A stretch of 64,000 nucleotides of DNA. Source: Moniliella sp. 'wahieum'. Its lineage: Eukaryota. The DNA is taken from positions 248,001 through 312,000 of the forward strand of contig RSEE01000047.1 in the NCBI GenBank assembly GCA_003971905.1, read 5' to 3'. Positions within the stretch are counted from its first letter, which is position 1, and the number at the start of each line of letters is the position of its first letter. Positions 24,876 through 37,863 of the stretch are shown piece by piece. Under the pieces are notes generated by a model. That model was given only the letters and a program-made list of their open reading frames with translations. It searched no databases and was not told where the DNA came from. Made by a program: the position numbers and the translations under genes.

Positions 24876-27646
24876 ATGTCCGACGACGAGCACCGCCCCC
24901 TTGACCCCGCCCAGAGCCCTGGCAAACTCAAGTCGGGCCCATCCTCCTTTGCTACTGCGGCCCCCCTCATACCACCTTCGCCACCCTTCCACACGAGATT
25001 CTACTTCAGATCCTGCGCCATGTCCAGACAGCCAGTCCTGCTGATCTCAACCAATGCCTTGTTGCCAACCGCCACTGGTGCTCGGCCGCCCTCGGACTGA
25101 TCTGGTACAAGCCCACCTTCTACACCCCCGCGCCTTTGATCGCATGGTGTCTGTTTTGGCTCACGCCTCAGGCCAACCGTTGGCTACTCCGCTCCAGTCT
25201 GCCCTCGCACTCCTCCAGCTCTCGGACCATGCTCGACAAGAGTCGGCCTCTTCCACCGCCACTGCTGCTGGACCCACACTCGAGCCTGTGCCCACTGGGC
25301 TGGATGTCATTGCACCTCCAGACGAGCCTGGTTTGATGACAGAAGTGCTCCCGCCACAGGTTACATCCGAGACGGGCACCCCACTTGCACCCCCACTTGA
25401 TTTGGTTTCTTCCTCCTCTTCGTCTTCCCTCACTTCAGCCTCCGTCTCTACCACCTCATTATCTCCCAATGGCGGGGAACCCGAACGGCAACAAGCCATG
25501 TTTCCCTACATGGAGTATGTGCGCCGAATCAACTGCTCTCCGATTGCGAAAGACCTGGTTGGTCCACGCGCTGATGCATTCCGCGCTTTGGGGAGTTGCC
25601 TCTGGCTGGAACGCCTCACATTGGCCGGGGCAAAAAAACTGCCCGATCAAAAAAAGCGCGCAGTGCTCCCCCAGTGCACCACCCTCGTCGCCATCGACCT
25701 CACCGATGTGGCGGAGTTGACCGATGAGACTTTGACGGCGATCGCCACGCTGTCCCCACCTCCAAGGCATCAATGTGACCAACTGCGCCCGTGTGTCAAG
25801 TAAAGGAATTGTCCCTCTTGCGCTTCTTGCCCGCTTCTGCGTAGGGTCAAGTTGGGAAATTGTGTTTTGATTGACGATCATGCTGTCGTGCGCTCGCCGC
25901 AATTGTCGCCATCTTCTCGAGGTCGATCTGAGGGATGCACCGAGGTCACAGACGTGGGTCTTGCCGCACTCTGGAGGCATACCCATGTGCTCCGTGAGCT
26001 CAGTTGACGGGCTGTGCCAGCCTCACTTCTACTGGATTTCCGGCCCATGATGCAGGCCTGATACGGCGCTCCAATATCCTTTCCAATGGCATTGTGCTCG
26101 ACAATGAGCAAGACGATATTACAGAAGGCGGCGAACAAATCCAACTTCTTGACGAGGATGATGGTCGCACGACTTCACTGTGTTCCTTGACTCCAATACC
26201 TCTACCCATCTGCCACTCCCACTCGTCCTGCTCCCACAATGCCCGAGACCACTCTCGTTGAAAGGAGTGCGCAAGCATTAGGCCCTCTGCCTCCTTTGGT
26301 GCGCCCCCCGAGACCTTCCCGCATTTTGACAGCTGCGCATCCTCGATCTTGGTAACTGCTCTCAAATTACCAACTCGGCCGTGGAGGGTATCATTAACCA
26401 CGCTCCCAAGTTGCGCAACTTGGTCCTTGCTAAGTGCTCGCTCTTAACCGACGACTCTCTCTACACCATTTCGCGGTTGGGCAAGAATTTGCATTATCTT
26501 CACCTGGACGGTGCGAAAGTATGAGGCTCCTCCTGCCCACGGGAATGATACTGACATGTTGTTTCCTGCAATTACTGATCGAGCAGTGAAGTATTTGGCG
26601 CACAACTGTACGAGGCTACGGTATATTGACTTGGCCTACTGTCCTCAATGACCGAGGCTGTGCGCGAAATTGGACTAAACTTGCCCGTTGCGTCGGATTG
26701 GGCTTGTCAAAGTGCAGGGTTGACCGATGCCGCGCTCGTCTCCCTCGTGGAGCGACACACCTCACTCGAGCGGATCCATCTCTCGTACTGCGATAGGTTG
26801 ACCGTACCCGGTGTATTCTATACCGTGCTCAAGCTCCCCAAGCTCACCCACCTCTCTCTTACAGGGGTCCCAGCGTTCCGCAAAAAGGAGTGCAGCGCAT
26901 GTGCCGAGCCCCCCGCCCGAGTTCAACGAAACCAACGGGCCACCTTCTGTGTCTACTCAGGACGAGGCGTGCATTCGCTTCGCGAACACCTTTCCCGCCT
27001 GTACATTGTCTGGGACGACGCAGCTTCTTCTCCCCGTCTCCTGCGGTGCAAGGGGGGGATTCTCAAGCGCGGCTGTATGAGGAGGCAAAGGCCGCCTGTC
27101 GTCTTACCCAGATCTCCGTCCCCATGGAAGGGAGCGGGCTGAGGATGTGTTCTCGCGTGCAGCGGACAAGCGGCTACCACGCTTGGTCTCGACCAATCCG
27201 GATCCCTGCTTCCAAAGGCATGCCATCCCTTCCCCCATCTCGGGCGCCGGGCCCCGACTCAGCCGAGCCTAGCACGGTTGCGCTGCTCATGTCCCTCGTT
27301 CGGCCCCAAGATGTGATGCGAAACGTGAGCTCTCCGGTGCCGGTCTATGTCCAGAGAATACAGCAGCGATGCGGGTTGCCCAGGCGTACCGTTCTGGGCT
27401 GATTGAGCCGGAAGGAGGAGCCACGGATGGGCTCGTCCGCTCATACGCTAGCGCAGGCCCAAATGAACTTGGTCTCTTTGGTCCGTTGCCCTTCCGTCCT
27501 CCGCGTGAGACCACCCGGCCTCCGTCTCAGGCCTCGCTACAGGCCCGCCCAAGCTCAGGCGTGGGCTCGCTCAAGCTCCTTCGCGCGCGGCGCAATGGGC
27601 TCTTGACCCCGATTGGTTGCCCGATTGGATCGTGTGCTCCGTGGTG
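24876..27646 (+). CDS. GRR1: F-box/leucine-rich-repeat SCF substrate receptor, Grr1-like
   Basis: F-box LPHEILLQILRHV..DLNQCLVANRHWCSAALGLIWYKP (~24985-25120); FPYMEYVRRIN, LERLTLAG, LVAIDLTDV, APKLRNLVLAKC, LERIHLSYCDRLT, LTHLSLTGVPAF, FCVYSGRGV; many frameshifts, so ends are approximate. Confidence 0.85.
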
Positions 27647-27869
27647 AAAGACCCCCTCGTCCACTCTAAACCAAAACCAACTCTTCCTTTCCCCTTGGCC
27701 TTGGCCTTCGTTTCGTCTGGCATTGATCATCTCACACTTCCTTTGACTCGATCCTATCACTTTGTAGCCGCTTGGACTCTTACGAATAGTTGATACATAT
27801 GTTGGTTCCTGCATGGAGGGGGAGATGTACGATCAAGACAATGCTCAAAAGGGGGACAAGCCTCAGAGG

Positions 27870-30800
27870 TCATGAAGAAAGGAATTGGGCACTGGCTTAG
27901 CCCCACCAGCCATCGTCGTCCTGACTGATGGTGCCACTGGCGACCCAGTCGTAGAGTTGTGTCGCAGGCTGGGCTTCCATGCTCGGAACTTCCTCCTGGG
28001 GGGTTGCTGTCTTGGTCGCAGCGGGGGCGCTTTGTGCTTTGGTACCCACGAGCGTCGTCTCTGGGGTCGGCTCGAGTTGGGCCCGCAACGCTTTGACTCC
28101 GCCCGGGCCGCCTCGAGCTCAGCACGTAGCCGGTCTGCCTCACCGTGGTCCTTCTCAGTTCAGAGTTATGGACTTGCGCAACAGTGCGGCTTCCTCCTCA
28201 GCCAGGGCCAATCGGCCCTCGAGTTTCTTCTGATCGTGGAGCGAAGCTGAAGGGCAAACAAAGGTCAGCCACAGCTTGATGTTCAACAAAACCGAGAGAC
28301 AAAAACCTACCTCGTCTTTCATGCGCACCATTTCTAGTTCCCGCTCCAACTCGTTGGTGTGAGCAATCTTGCGTCGCTTGACCCAGGCGCTGCTGAGCAG
28401 AGGCGGCCAGCTGCTTTTGAGTACTCAATGCTGGACCAAGCCTCTGACTTGCACCTCCATCTCCTTCACCGGGATTGGGCCACATCAGTGCGCCCTGTGC
28501 CGTCGCAGCTTTCTCCTCGCCGTGGTCACGTCGCTGGCGGCACGCGCCCCGTACGCGTGGGCATCATCAACATACGCATCCAAGCGGCCATGGGCTTCTT
28601 CGGTTCTTACTCGCGTCCAGGCGGGCACGCAAGTCGTTCTCTTCGTTTTGCGCATGGCCCGTTCCATCGCCCGCTCGTCGCGTTCCCGTTCAAGGCACGC
28701 ATGTCTCCACCCTTGCCTCGGCCAGTGAGGCAGAGGATTGGGCGCGCGACAGTCGGCCTCAGCAATGACCATCCGGCGACGGATCCGTCCCCCGCACGCT
28801 CGGCTGCGTGGCGTGCCTCCACTGCATCCCTCAGACGGGACTGAGCGTCACGGTGCTCCGGGCGGCGGTAGCGCTGGTCTGGGCCGTCTCGAGACGGTTC
28901 TCAAGATCCTCCATCATTTGATCATCGCAACATATTGGTTGGTTGCGTTGAGTCGGTCTTGGCTTGTTGGGCTTCCGTGCTGGCTTTGACCTGTGCCTTG
29001 GACGCCGCCTCGAGTGCATCGGCCCGTTTCAAAGCCATCTCCTCCAATTCCGAGATGCGCAACTGGGCCGCATGGTTCGCATCCGCCACGTGCATAAGCC
29101 GCTCAAGAATCAGGGCTTGGGTGTCGTGGGTTTCCTGGGTCGCCGTCAAAAACACGCCCGTCTTGGCGCCAGTGACGCCGGCAGGGCTCGCAGCGAACTG
29201 CCAATTCACCTTGTTGAGCCAACAGTTCCTTGCCAAGCCGCCACGTTCGCTCCTGCGCGCTCACCAGGGGATCCAAACCGGTCTACCACTGGGTCCAAAT
29301 TTAACCCCCCTTGGCCCGCAGCTCAGCGGCAAGCACTTTGGCCAACTCTGCCAGCGCCTCTGGTGTAAATCCCGTTTTCTCCTCCCCTCAGTTACATCTT
29401 GCACCGTTGTCGCGGCGGTAGCTGTATCAACGAGTCCGAGTCCCGCTGATGACGCGAAAGAGAGGAGGTGCTGCTTTCTATCGAATTGTTGAGGGGAAGG
29501 AAAGTGGGCGGGGGTAGCGACAGACGGCGTAGCGCCGCTTCGCGCGCCTCGTCCGCATCGTGCACCTGCGCTTGGAGATGAGCTTGCATTTGCAGCTGGA
29601 TCTGCGAGCGTAGATCGGCACGCAAGTGGCCCACCACAGATTCGGCAATCTGTTCGGGTAGGGTGTCGTGTTGCCCCTCAGCACGGGGACAAGTGCAGTG
29701 AGCACCCGCGCCGCCAACACTTCGCCATCGATGTGATCGGTCCGGGCCCGAAAGGCGTCCAGCTGCGGCTGGAGTGCGGCCACAATACTAGCTTGGACCT
29801 GTTCGGCCACCCCTTGGCCCGCCCGTTCCAATGCCTGTTTTGCCGCGTCAAACTGGCCCGGCACCTTCTGCAGCAACTGCCTCACTGCATCATGCGTCGA
29901 TGTGAACGAAGCAGTGTGGGCACGAATTGCTGCCTCCGTGTCCCCCAACACTCATCACCGCCGGCGACGGTTGCGCCATCGTTCGCAACAGCTCCACCTG
30001 GGCTGCATCGAGTGCTTCACGCACCCGGGAGTCCAATCGGTCGGCCAATACCCCAATCTCTTCACTGACAGGCTCACCTCCAGATCACGGGGCTCGGAAG
30101 GTGGCATAGCTGCTCCACGCCATCCGCAATCAAGGTCAGCACGTCGGTTTGCAGTTCACCCACTTTGGCCCGCAGCGTTTCCTCAACATAATCGAAGTCT
30201 AGCTCGCCCTTGGCATCCTCCATTCCCTTGCTCAGTTTAGGCATTCCATGGAGGTAGGAAGAGAAGGTCTCCCGCACCCCCTTCTGGACCCGGGCCAAAT
30301 CATCGCCATCGGAAATAGAACCAGGTGGGGGAGAAGAGAGGGCGTAGGTGTGGACCGGCGCGTCAGAGAGGTCGTGGGGGCCTGCAGTTGAGAGTGACAT
30401 AGGGCCCACCGTGCCCCCCGCGGTGGGATGGGTCATTTTTTGTCCGTTCAACCCGCTCCTCTTCCACCCGACGCATAATCCGCCGAGCCCACCCGTCCAA
30501 ACTTGAATCGAGTCGCCACAATCTGCTCCATCATCGCGCCATCGTCTCCCGTCTCATTTTCCCGCGCCTCACGCACAGCACAGCAACGGGGTCATGTGGG
30601 AAAGTCGTGGCCAGCGGTTCAGCTTCTGATGGTGGCACCTCATGGACAGAAAGTGCGGGGGACATTGCCTTCAGCTCCGATGCAGCCGGGTGCCCAGGCA
30701 AAGGGGCAAGCAGACGAGCCAGTCCTGCCCGTGCCGTCCAGGCCACATTTTGCACCGTGGTCGCCATACCGCTGGGGGGACTCTCCTGGGGGGACTCTCC

Positions 30801-33046
30801 CTGGGAACAGGCACAGATGGGGAGGGTGGGGAGACTGGTGCGGTAATGGGCAATCGTTCCCCTGTAACTGGTGCGGGTGAAGGTGGACAGAAGGGGGCAG
30901 GGAGGTACAAAGGTTGGGACCGACCTTCATCGATAGAGCGGAAGCGCTTTTCGCGTCCTTGCGCGTCACTACTGGAAATGGCAATACGAGGTGCGTTGGG
31001 CGGGGGGCTGAAGGTGAAGGGTACACTAGCGATGCCCGAGGGGCTCAAGGATGGCGCAATGGGCTCAAGGTTGCCCGGGCGGGGAGAGCGGGGAACGAGA
31101 GCTTTGGGCGCATGCATCGAGGATGACGAGCCCAGGCGGAAGTTAGGGGAGAGCTTGGGGCTCTTTGCCACCATTGGTATAACTGGAGGGAGCAAGGCCG
31201 CCGTGGTTGCGGTACCTGCTTCTGCCGCTGACACGGACGGAAGAGGCACATCGTACCCAAACCCGGCCCCCAAAGTTTGCCAAGCCGGTCGAACCGACGC
31301 TGGGGGCTGCGAAGACATTGGGGGCCGGGTCTCTGTTGAGACGGGATGGGTCATCTCGCCCATTTCATGGGGCTCGGCCGTTGTGCTGGGCCAGAATCCC
31401 AAGGCACTCAACATCGATGTAGGGGCAAACCTGGGTTCGGTCGAGGTCGGCACATCGGTGCCCGGGTCTGGGGAACAAGAGCTCTCCTTGTCCTTGTCGA
31501 AAGTTGAATCGCCATTCCTCGTCAAACTAAGGCTTGCCTTCTTTGCGGCGCCTCCAATGCGTTGAAGGAATGACATGGTCCCTGAGGGGGCGGTCCCGCC
31601 TCCGACCTGCGGGTGAGAGCCACGAGCGGGATCCTGCTCAAAACTTGATGGGTTGGCCCATGGTCCCGACAGCCAACGAGGGATGTAGTTCGTGGTCGAT
31701 GCGAGCGATGGCGTCTGCGAAGGTAACCCATCATAAGTTATAGTTACTACAGATCTAAGATCAAGTTGGGGATCGACGTACCTGCACTTGGCTCTTCGAT
31801 AAGGCTGGGTGAGTATCCGAGTCGTCAATGCCTTGCTTGCCGTAGGCACCATCCAAGGGAAGACCAGGCATATTATTGTTGGGGCTCAATCCCATCTGTG
31901 CCATCTGTTCCATATTCTTCAAATCGGCAGTGAGCTGGGCTTGGATGGCCAGCGCAGTGGCTCTCTCTGCTTTGTATTCTTCCCAATCTTGGCCCTGGAG
32001 GAAAATGTCAATCGTGTCAGGCAATCCAAGCGAAGTATACACAGTCATTGCTGAATGGCCTTTGGCCAATTCGGCCTCGAGTTCGGCTTCGTGTGCTTCC
32101 TCAGCCGCAACAACCTGTGCAGCTTCAGTTGCTTCGACGGCTGCCTCGTCCACACCGGGATCGTCCATATTCATCTCGCTAACCGCAGCGGCAGCCGCAG
32201 ACGCATCGGCCGCAGCCTCCAACAATCCGACGGGTTGAAATTGGGGGGTAGGACACAGTAGTTACCTCCTCCTCCAAAGGTTGAAAGGGTGGGAAAGAAC
32301 CGTCGATCATGGGAACACGGGGGGCCAGAGCGCTTGCACCTTCTCTTTACGGTCTTGAATAGAATCTTGCGATGAATTCGAGTCAGAAGAATCACCCTCC
32401 TGCCCCTCCTTGTCCTCATCACTTGATCCGCTCGAAGTGGATTGGGATGCGGAATCGGAATCGGAGTCTTCAGAGTCAGAACCGGGATCAGAATCAGAAT
32501 CGGTATCGGTATCAGACTCAATCTCGACGATGGAGGATCCAGTGGCGGATGAGGACAGAGAGGCAGAGAAGCCAAAGAGATGGTCCTGAGGGAGGCGGAC
32601 AATGTAGGACTTGCGCCGACGGACATGGCTGCTGAGAGCCATGCTGGGGGTGAGGGCGTGGTGGGGTGGCGGGGTGGTTACCATCTCTTCGACGGCAGGC
32701 TGGGGGGTGGGGTGAGGCCGAGGGCGGCCTGGGGTGTGGAGGGAGGGGTGGAGTGGGGCTGGCGGGGCTGCGTGACGGACATGTGGATGGGGACGGCGTC
32801 TGTCGCGAGACGAGCAATGGACGCGAGGGCGACGGGCGGTGGCGCAAAGTCAAGCGTGGCAGACAGCAGATGGGGGTGGGTGTGGGGCGTATACAGACAC
32901 ACGGGTGCGGCGTGTGTGGGGCATCGGGACGGAGAGGGAGGGAGGGGTGGGGCGGGGGCTGAGGCGGCGGCGGCACGCGCACCGCAGCCGCGCCAGGGCG
33001 CAGCAGAGGCGCAAGCGACCGCCAGATTATAGACTGGCCGAGCCAT
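27870..33046 (-). CDS. large hypothetical protein: acidic/Ser-rich N-terminus, Pro/Ser-rich middle, coiled-coil C-terminus (probably one gene)
   Basis: Chain of minus ORFs 32678-33121, 32307-32684, 31761-32225 (LPDTIDIFLQG), 30671-31852, 30074-30451, 29478-29951, 28922-29236, 28155-28349; GT..AG introns near 31714-31780 and 28248-28310. Confidence 0.6.
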
Positions 33047-33977
33047 CGCTCGGCCTTGGCTCGTGGATAGATTTGAGTACGATCGATCTGAGTGCGCTCG
33101 GACCGCCACCGGCTTGTCCATCGGCTGCGCCTCGTGGCTTATGGGACGAAGAGCGCCCGACGCAGGCCAATCCCCTCAAGATTAGAGGCGGCTAAGCGCT
33201 CAGGGGCTTATGTTGATGAGCGTTGGACAGCACTTGGCTGATCAGCCTCTGTTCCAACCATAGCCAGCAAATCGCGTGTTTTCTTCTGCAGCCGCAGACG
33301 CACCAGATGGGAACAGGGCCAGGCACCCCCCTAGGCATGCTGTTGCTGGGAACAGACAACAGCATCCATCAAGCAGCCTTGGCGTACAGCTCCCGACGAC
33401 GGCGGTAGTGGCCGTTATCTATTAACCTCGAGGCGGCCAGACCTGGCCACAGATCTCTCTCCCTGGACTTTCAGAAGAATAGTAGGGATCTTTTTGAAAT
33501 GTGAAAGTTGGCCCGTGTGTTGACGAAACCAACTGATGCCAGAGTAACAAATGGTCTGTCTATTAGGGAAGCTGTTGTCAATCCCCTCTCCCACGCAGTC
33601 TCTGGTCCTGGCCAGACTCTCCCTTTTTGGACGTTGACCAGTATCGTAATGCTGCACGTAGCGAAAAGCGGTCGAGAACTCCGCTGGCTTATAGCAACAG
33701 TCCACGCTAGGCTCACACTTTTGTGCCCTGGCCCCCGAAAGAAAGGATAAGACATCGGGACGCCTATATATAGACAATGGGATAACAGGTCTCTTGCGTT
33801 TTCCGACCACAGTTTAAAACCAATCTCCCGAGTGGCTAGTTTTATGCCCGTTGCTTGTTCTTTCTTCTTCCCGAGAAATTTGGGAACAGTAAGCCGTCGT
33901 CGCTCGGCTCGATCACTGCAGAATGGTTTTAGCAGTGCATAAGATATGTCGGCGTTCGTTTCTAACATATCCACGGA

Positions 33978-34601
33978 CTAGAAGCGTTGGCGCTGCTGTG
34001 TCTGAACGCGCGGGTCTCCCCGCTCAGCACGTTTCTTGAGTTTTTGCTGGCGCTTAGAAAGCTGCGCATCAGGTTCTTGAACAGGCGGCGCCGGGGCAGA
34101 AGCGTGCTTCTCTCTCCTCGCAAAGAAGAAAGACGCGATTGGATCCCGTCCACCCAGTACAAATGGGACGATGGCCTTGCGGTATACAGAAAGATAGCGT
34201 AGCAAGGCAAAAGCAGGAGAAGAAGCCAGAACTTGGTACTGATCAGAGCAGTAACCACGTGAACAAACCAGACGAGGTAAACGGCGTCCCACATGACCTG
34301 GGTCAACCCGGGCTGAGACAGATCATCGCCGGCCCGTGCCATTCGGAAGAGCACCATACCGATCAACTGCTCCAACAAGGCCGATAGCCCGAACAGGACC
34401 CAATCCCGCGTCCGCATAGCGTGGGCCCCTGGCCACAGGGCCTTGAGCACCACATGTAGCACGCCCGTGCTGAAGGAACCAATCAAGAGCCGCTTGACTG
34501 CAGCTGCGTTTTGATATGATACACGCTTGGCTGATGCCCGTGCCTGAGGCGGGGGTTAGATCAATAGGACCGCCGTGGCCATGGCACACTCCACGTACCA
34601 T
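33978..34601 (-). CDS. SND2: SRP-independent targeting protein Snd2/TMEM208 (DUF788)
   Basis: M|ARASAKR start (intron 34544-34598), GDDLSQPGLTQVMWDAVYLVWFVH, KFWLLLLLLP.YA, LSKRQQKLKKRAERGDPRV. Confidence 0.88.
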
Positions 34602-35091
34602 TGATGCACCGAGTTGAGGTTAAGAAGTTGGTGGTGTGGGTGTGGAGCCAACTGGGTTGGGGGGATCTTTCCGCCGCATGACACAATTTCCGCCCCAACA
34701 TGAAACGTTGCGTGCCTGGGCGGAACGGCCATTGTCGCTACAGTATTCCGCTCGTTTGAATGGGCAGCCGCGCCCGCGGGGCGCTACGTGTGCGGTTGGC
34801 CACCACCATCTCTCCTCATCTCTTCCACAGTGCGGAAACAAAAAGACTGCCTGATTCCTGTCTGGACAACAGTGCTCAGTGTACGGTGTCGGTCAGAACC
34901 CCTTCTGTCTGCGTTGTTTTCGCCATCCACTTCCGCCACCATCCTCAAGGGCGCAGCCTGAGCTCAGCCCCCTCTTCTTGACGCCCCCATAGCGCAGCAT
35001 TTGGAAGCACTCCTACCGATTGCTGCAACTAGCTCTCAATATCCCTTGTTCTACCTCCCCAACCTGATCCCAAACAACTCGTCTACAACCG

Positions 35092-36961
35092 ATGTATGGA
35101 TACTTTGCGGCTCCCGCACCTTACAGTGGTGCACCGTACGGTGTTACGGCATACCCCCCCCTTGTACCAGCCATGCCCGACATGGCCCATATTGTTCACG
35201 ACCCGCAAGCATTTGAGGCCTTCTTCATGGACCAGCTTCAGACACTCACCTTCAATAGCAAGGACATCATCAATTACCTCACTGACTTGGCCATCAGAAA
35301 CAATGTCCTCATGTCGTCTGTTGTTGGCCAGACGCTCGACTTGCATATCTCCCACGTAAGTTCCGGCCTTGTTAAGTTTTGAGTGGCAACCACTGACCTT
35401 TCGATCACCCCCCAGGCCCTTCCAGCCCACCGCCTTCCAGCCCTCTACTTGCTCGACTCGATCTGCAAGAACGGGGGGAGCCGTTCCCTAGCATGTGGTC
35501 CCCCCACGTTCCCCGCCTGTTTGCCGACACGTACACCGTCGTCGATGCTTCTGTACAGGCCAAGATGGAATCAATGGCGCGCACGTGGAAATCTGCTGGT
35601 TTGGGGGGACAGCCGCTTTTTGGAACAGAGGTTCAATCAGAGGTGGAGAATTTCCTTGCCTCACAGCAGCCGCTGGGCGGTGGCAGTCTTCTCTCATCTC
35701 GGATTGAACAACAGCTCCGCCTCACTCAAGAGCAGGCCAAGGCGGCGCCTTCTGCTGACCTGAGTCTCCGCATTAAAGCTCTTTCGGGCCTCAAACAGGT
35801 TGTGGATGTCGGTGATGTTGTACCTTCGGACTTGGCCAAGATCGATGCTCAGATTACGGTGCTTGAGAAACTCAATCCATCCCCAGTACCAAAGTCACCT
35901 AGCACTCCTCTGGCACCACCGGTTCTGCCTGTGGCTGCCGCAGCCAATGATTCTGCCGCAGCTGCTACTCAACCCCCTTCAAACCCCAATGATTTGTTCG
36001 CCAAGCTTCTTCAGTCCGGTTTACTCAGTAAGGTCTCCACAACGCCCAGTGCAGCAGCACAGGTGTTGCCCCCTCCGACGATTATCCCACCTGTTACAGG
36101 TCCACCAGATCAGGATGATTGGTACACGCGGGCGGTACTTGGTATGACCATCCCTTGGAAAACTCAGGACTTGCTAATGCTCAACTGGCCCGATGTAAGT
36201 CAAATTGGACTGAAGGAGTTGCCACTTCCTTGCAGGCAATGTGGGCGGCGTTTCCCAGATGGGCCAGATGGGCAGGAGAGTCTGCGCCAGCATCTTGACT
36301 GGCATTTCCGGCAGAACAAGGCGGTGAAGGAGTCGGTTGTACGTGGGCAGTCGCGGATTTGGTTCCCGCGCCTGTCCGATTTATTACAGGAGGTGCAGAC
36401 GACAATGTGGTTGCGGTGCAGCATGGAATGGGAGAGGCAGAAGCACATCGGCTGACAGCTGAGAAGGAGGCTGAGCTGCGTCGACTGTTTGTCCCCGCGC
36501 CCTCGGACCCAGTGGTAGCTGCGCTGCCGTGTGCGATCTGTAAGGAACTGTTCAAGTCCGAGTACAATGAGGAAGAGGAGGAATGGGTGTGGTACAATGC
36601 CATCAACAAGGGTGGCATCTATACCCATGCTACCTGCGACGCTTCTCAGCGCACCCTCTCGTCCAGCGTTCAACGCGACACTCCTGAGCTCTCCGAATTG
36701 GACCGTCTCCGTCGTGCACTGGCGCCTTCCGTTCCTGCCGCATCTTCCAGTGCGACACGAGCCAAGCGGCCTCATTCGGAGTTGGAGGCCGAGGAGCACG
36801 CTCCAAATCCCCTTGCAAAGACCACCGGCGAGGATGATGCCCCCTACGACCCCACCGCTGACGAGGCAGCTTACAGTACTACCAATCCCAACGCGCCCGT
36901 GTTGCGCTCTCGCGCGCGGATGGCCCTCCTCCAGCGAAGCGGCCATGTGCTCAATAGATGA
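35092..36961 (+). CDS. PCF11: mRNA 3'-end processing factor Pcf11
   Basis: CID LTFNSKDIINYLT..LPALYLLDSICKN (intron 35356-35415); CRQCGRRF..HLDWHFRQN..GQSRIWF; CAICKELF..EEEWVWYNA..HATC. Confidence 0.93.
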
Positions 36962-37863
36962 CTGCTTCACATGACTGGTCGCGCTGGGTTGATGGCGGTG
37001 ATGCATAGAGCAGCTCACTGTGGTGGGCAAAAACGTCTTCCGTTGCGGTGCGCGTTGTATATAAAAAGTTGACTGTCCATTCCCCACTCGTATACACAAA
37101 CCATTTGCATGTATATGGGCCAAGACAATGCACTTATAGTGGTCATAGTGAACGCTGGCCAGGCCGACTGCAGATATCCGGAGCCGGGACCAAGGCCAGG
37201 TTTTGTCACTTGTCAACGCCTGTCAACTAGTCAATGGAAGAGGCGCACTTCTACTTGCGCAGCTGGATGGGCATGCGAATGCGACCAGTCGTGGCTGTCC
37301 TGGTGCAGCGTGAATGTGAAATGCACTGGATAGACTGAACCATCGCGGAAGACCTCCCTGAGGAGACAGGCGTTGGGCAGTGTGCCTCCAGGAGAGAGGC
37401 GCGCGAGGCTGGGCGAGCTGCGAAGACCAGTTGGTAGCGCAGCGAGTGGGGATTGATGCAGATGATGGATGTAGGATGCATGATGCATGTTGATCGTTGA
37501 TCGATGTAAGCGGGTGGCGCGCTCACAGACACAGACGCCCTGCGGCGGGGCTGCACGGGCCGAGACGAGGCTGGGCGACGAGGCGGCGGCAGCCCACTGT
37601 TGGTGAGGACAATTGCTGAGACGCAGTGAGTACACTGAGGCGTGACGAGTGACTAGGACTGCCGGCTCCTGCCAGCCACTGCGGGCCACCCGCAGCTCCC
37701 ATCCCATCACAAGCCCTGTGCCTGAAATCTGGCCTCTGAGATCTGAACAGTGCCACCCGGCGCCTTCACCGCTTCACCCGTCTCGCACTCACCGCTCACC
37801 GGTTGGTTGTTCTCCATTTCTTCCACCCGCCTCTCCTCTCCTCTCCTCACTGCCTCCTCCGCC

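Noticed and set aside
33415..33974. Short ORFs downstream of SND2
   Set aside because: No motifs and atypical composition; probably non-coding
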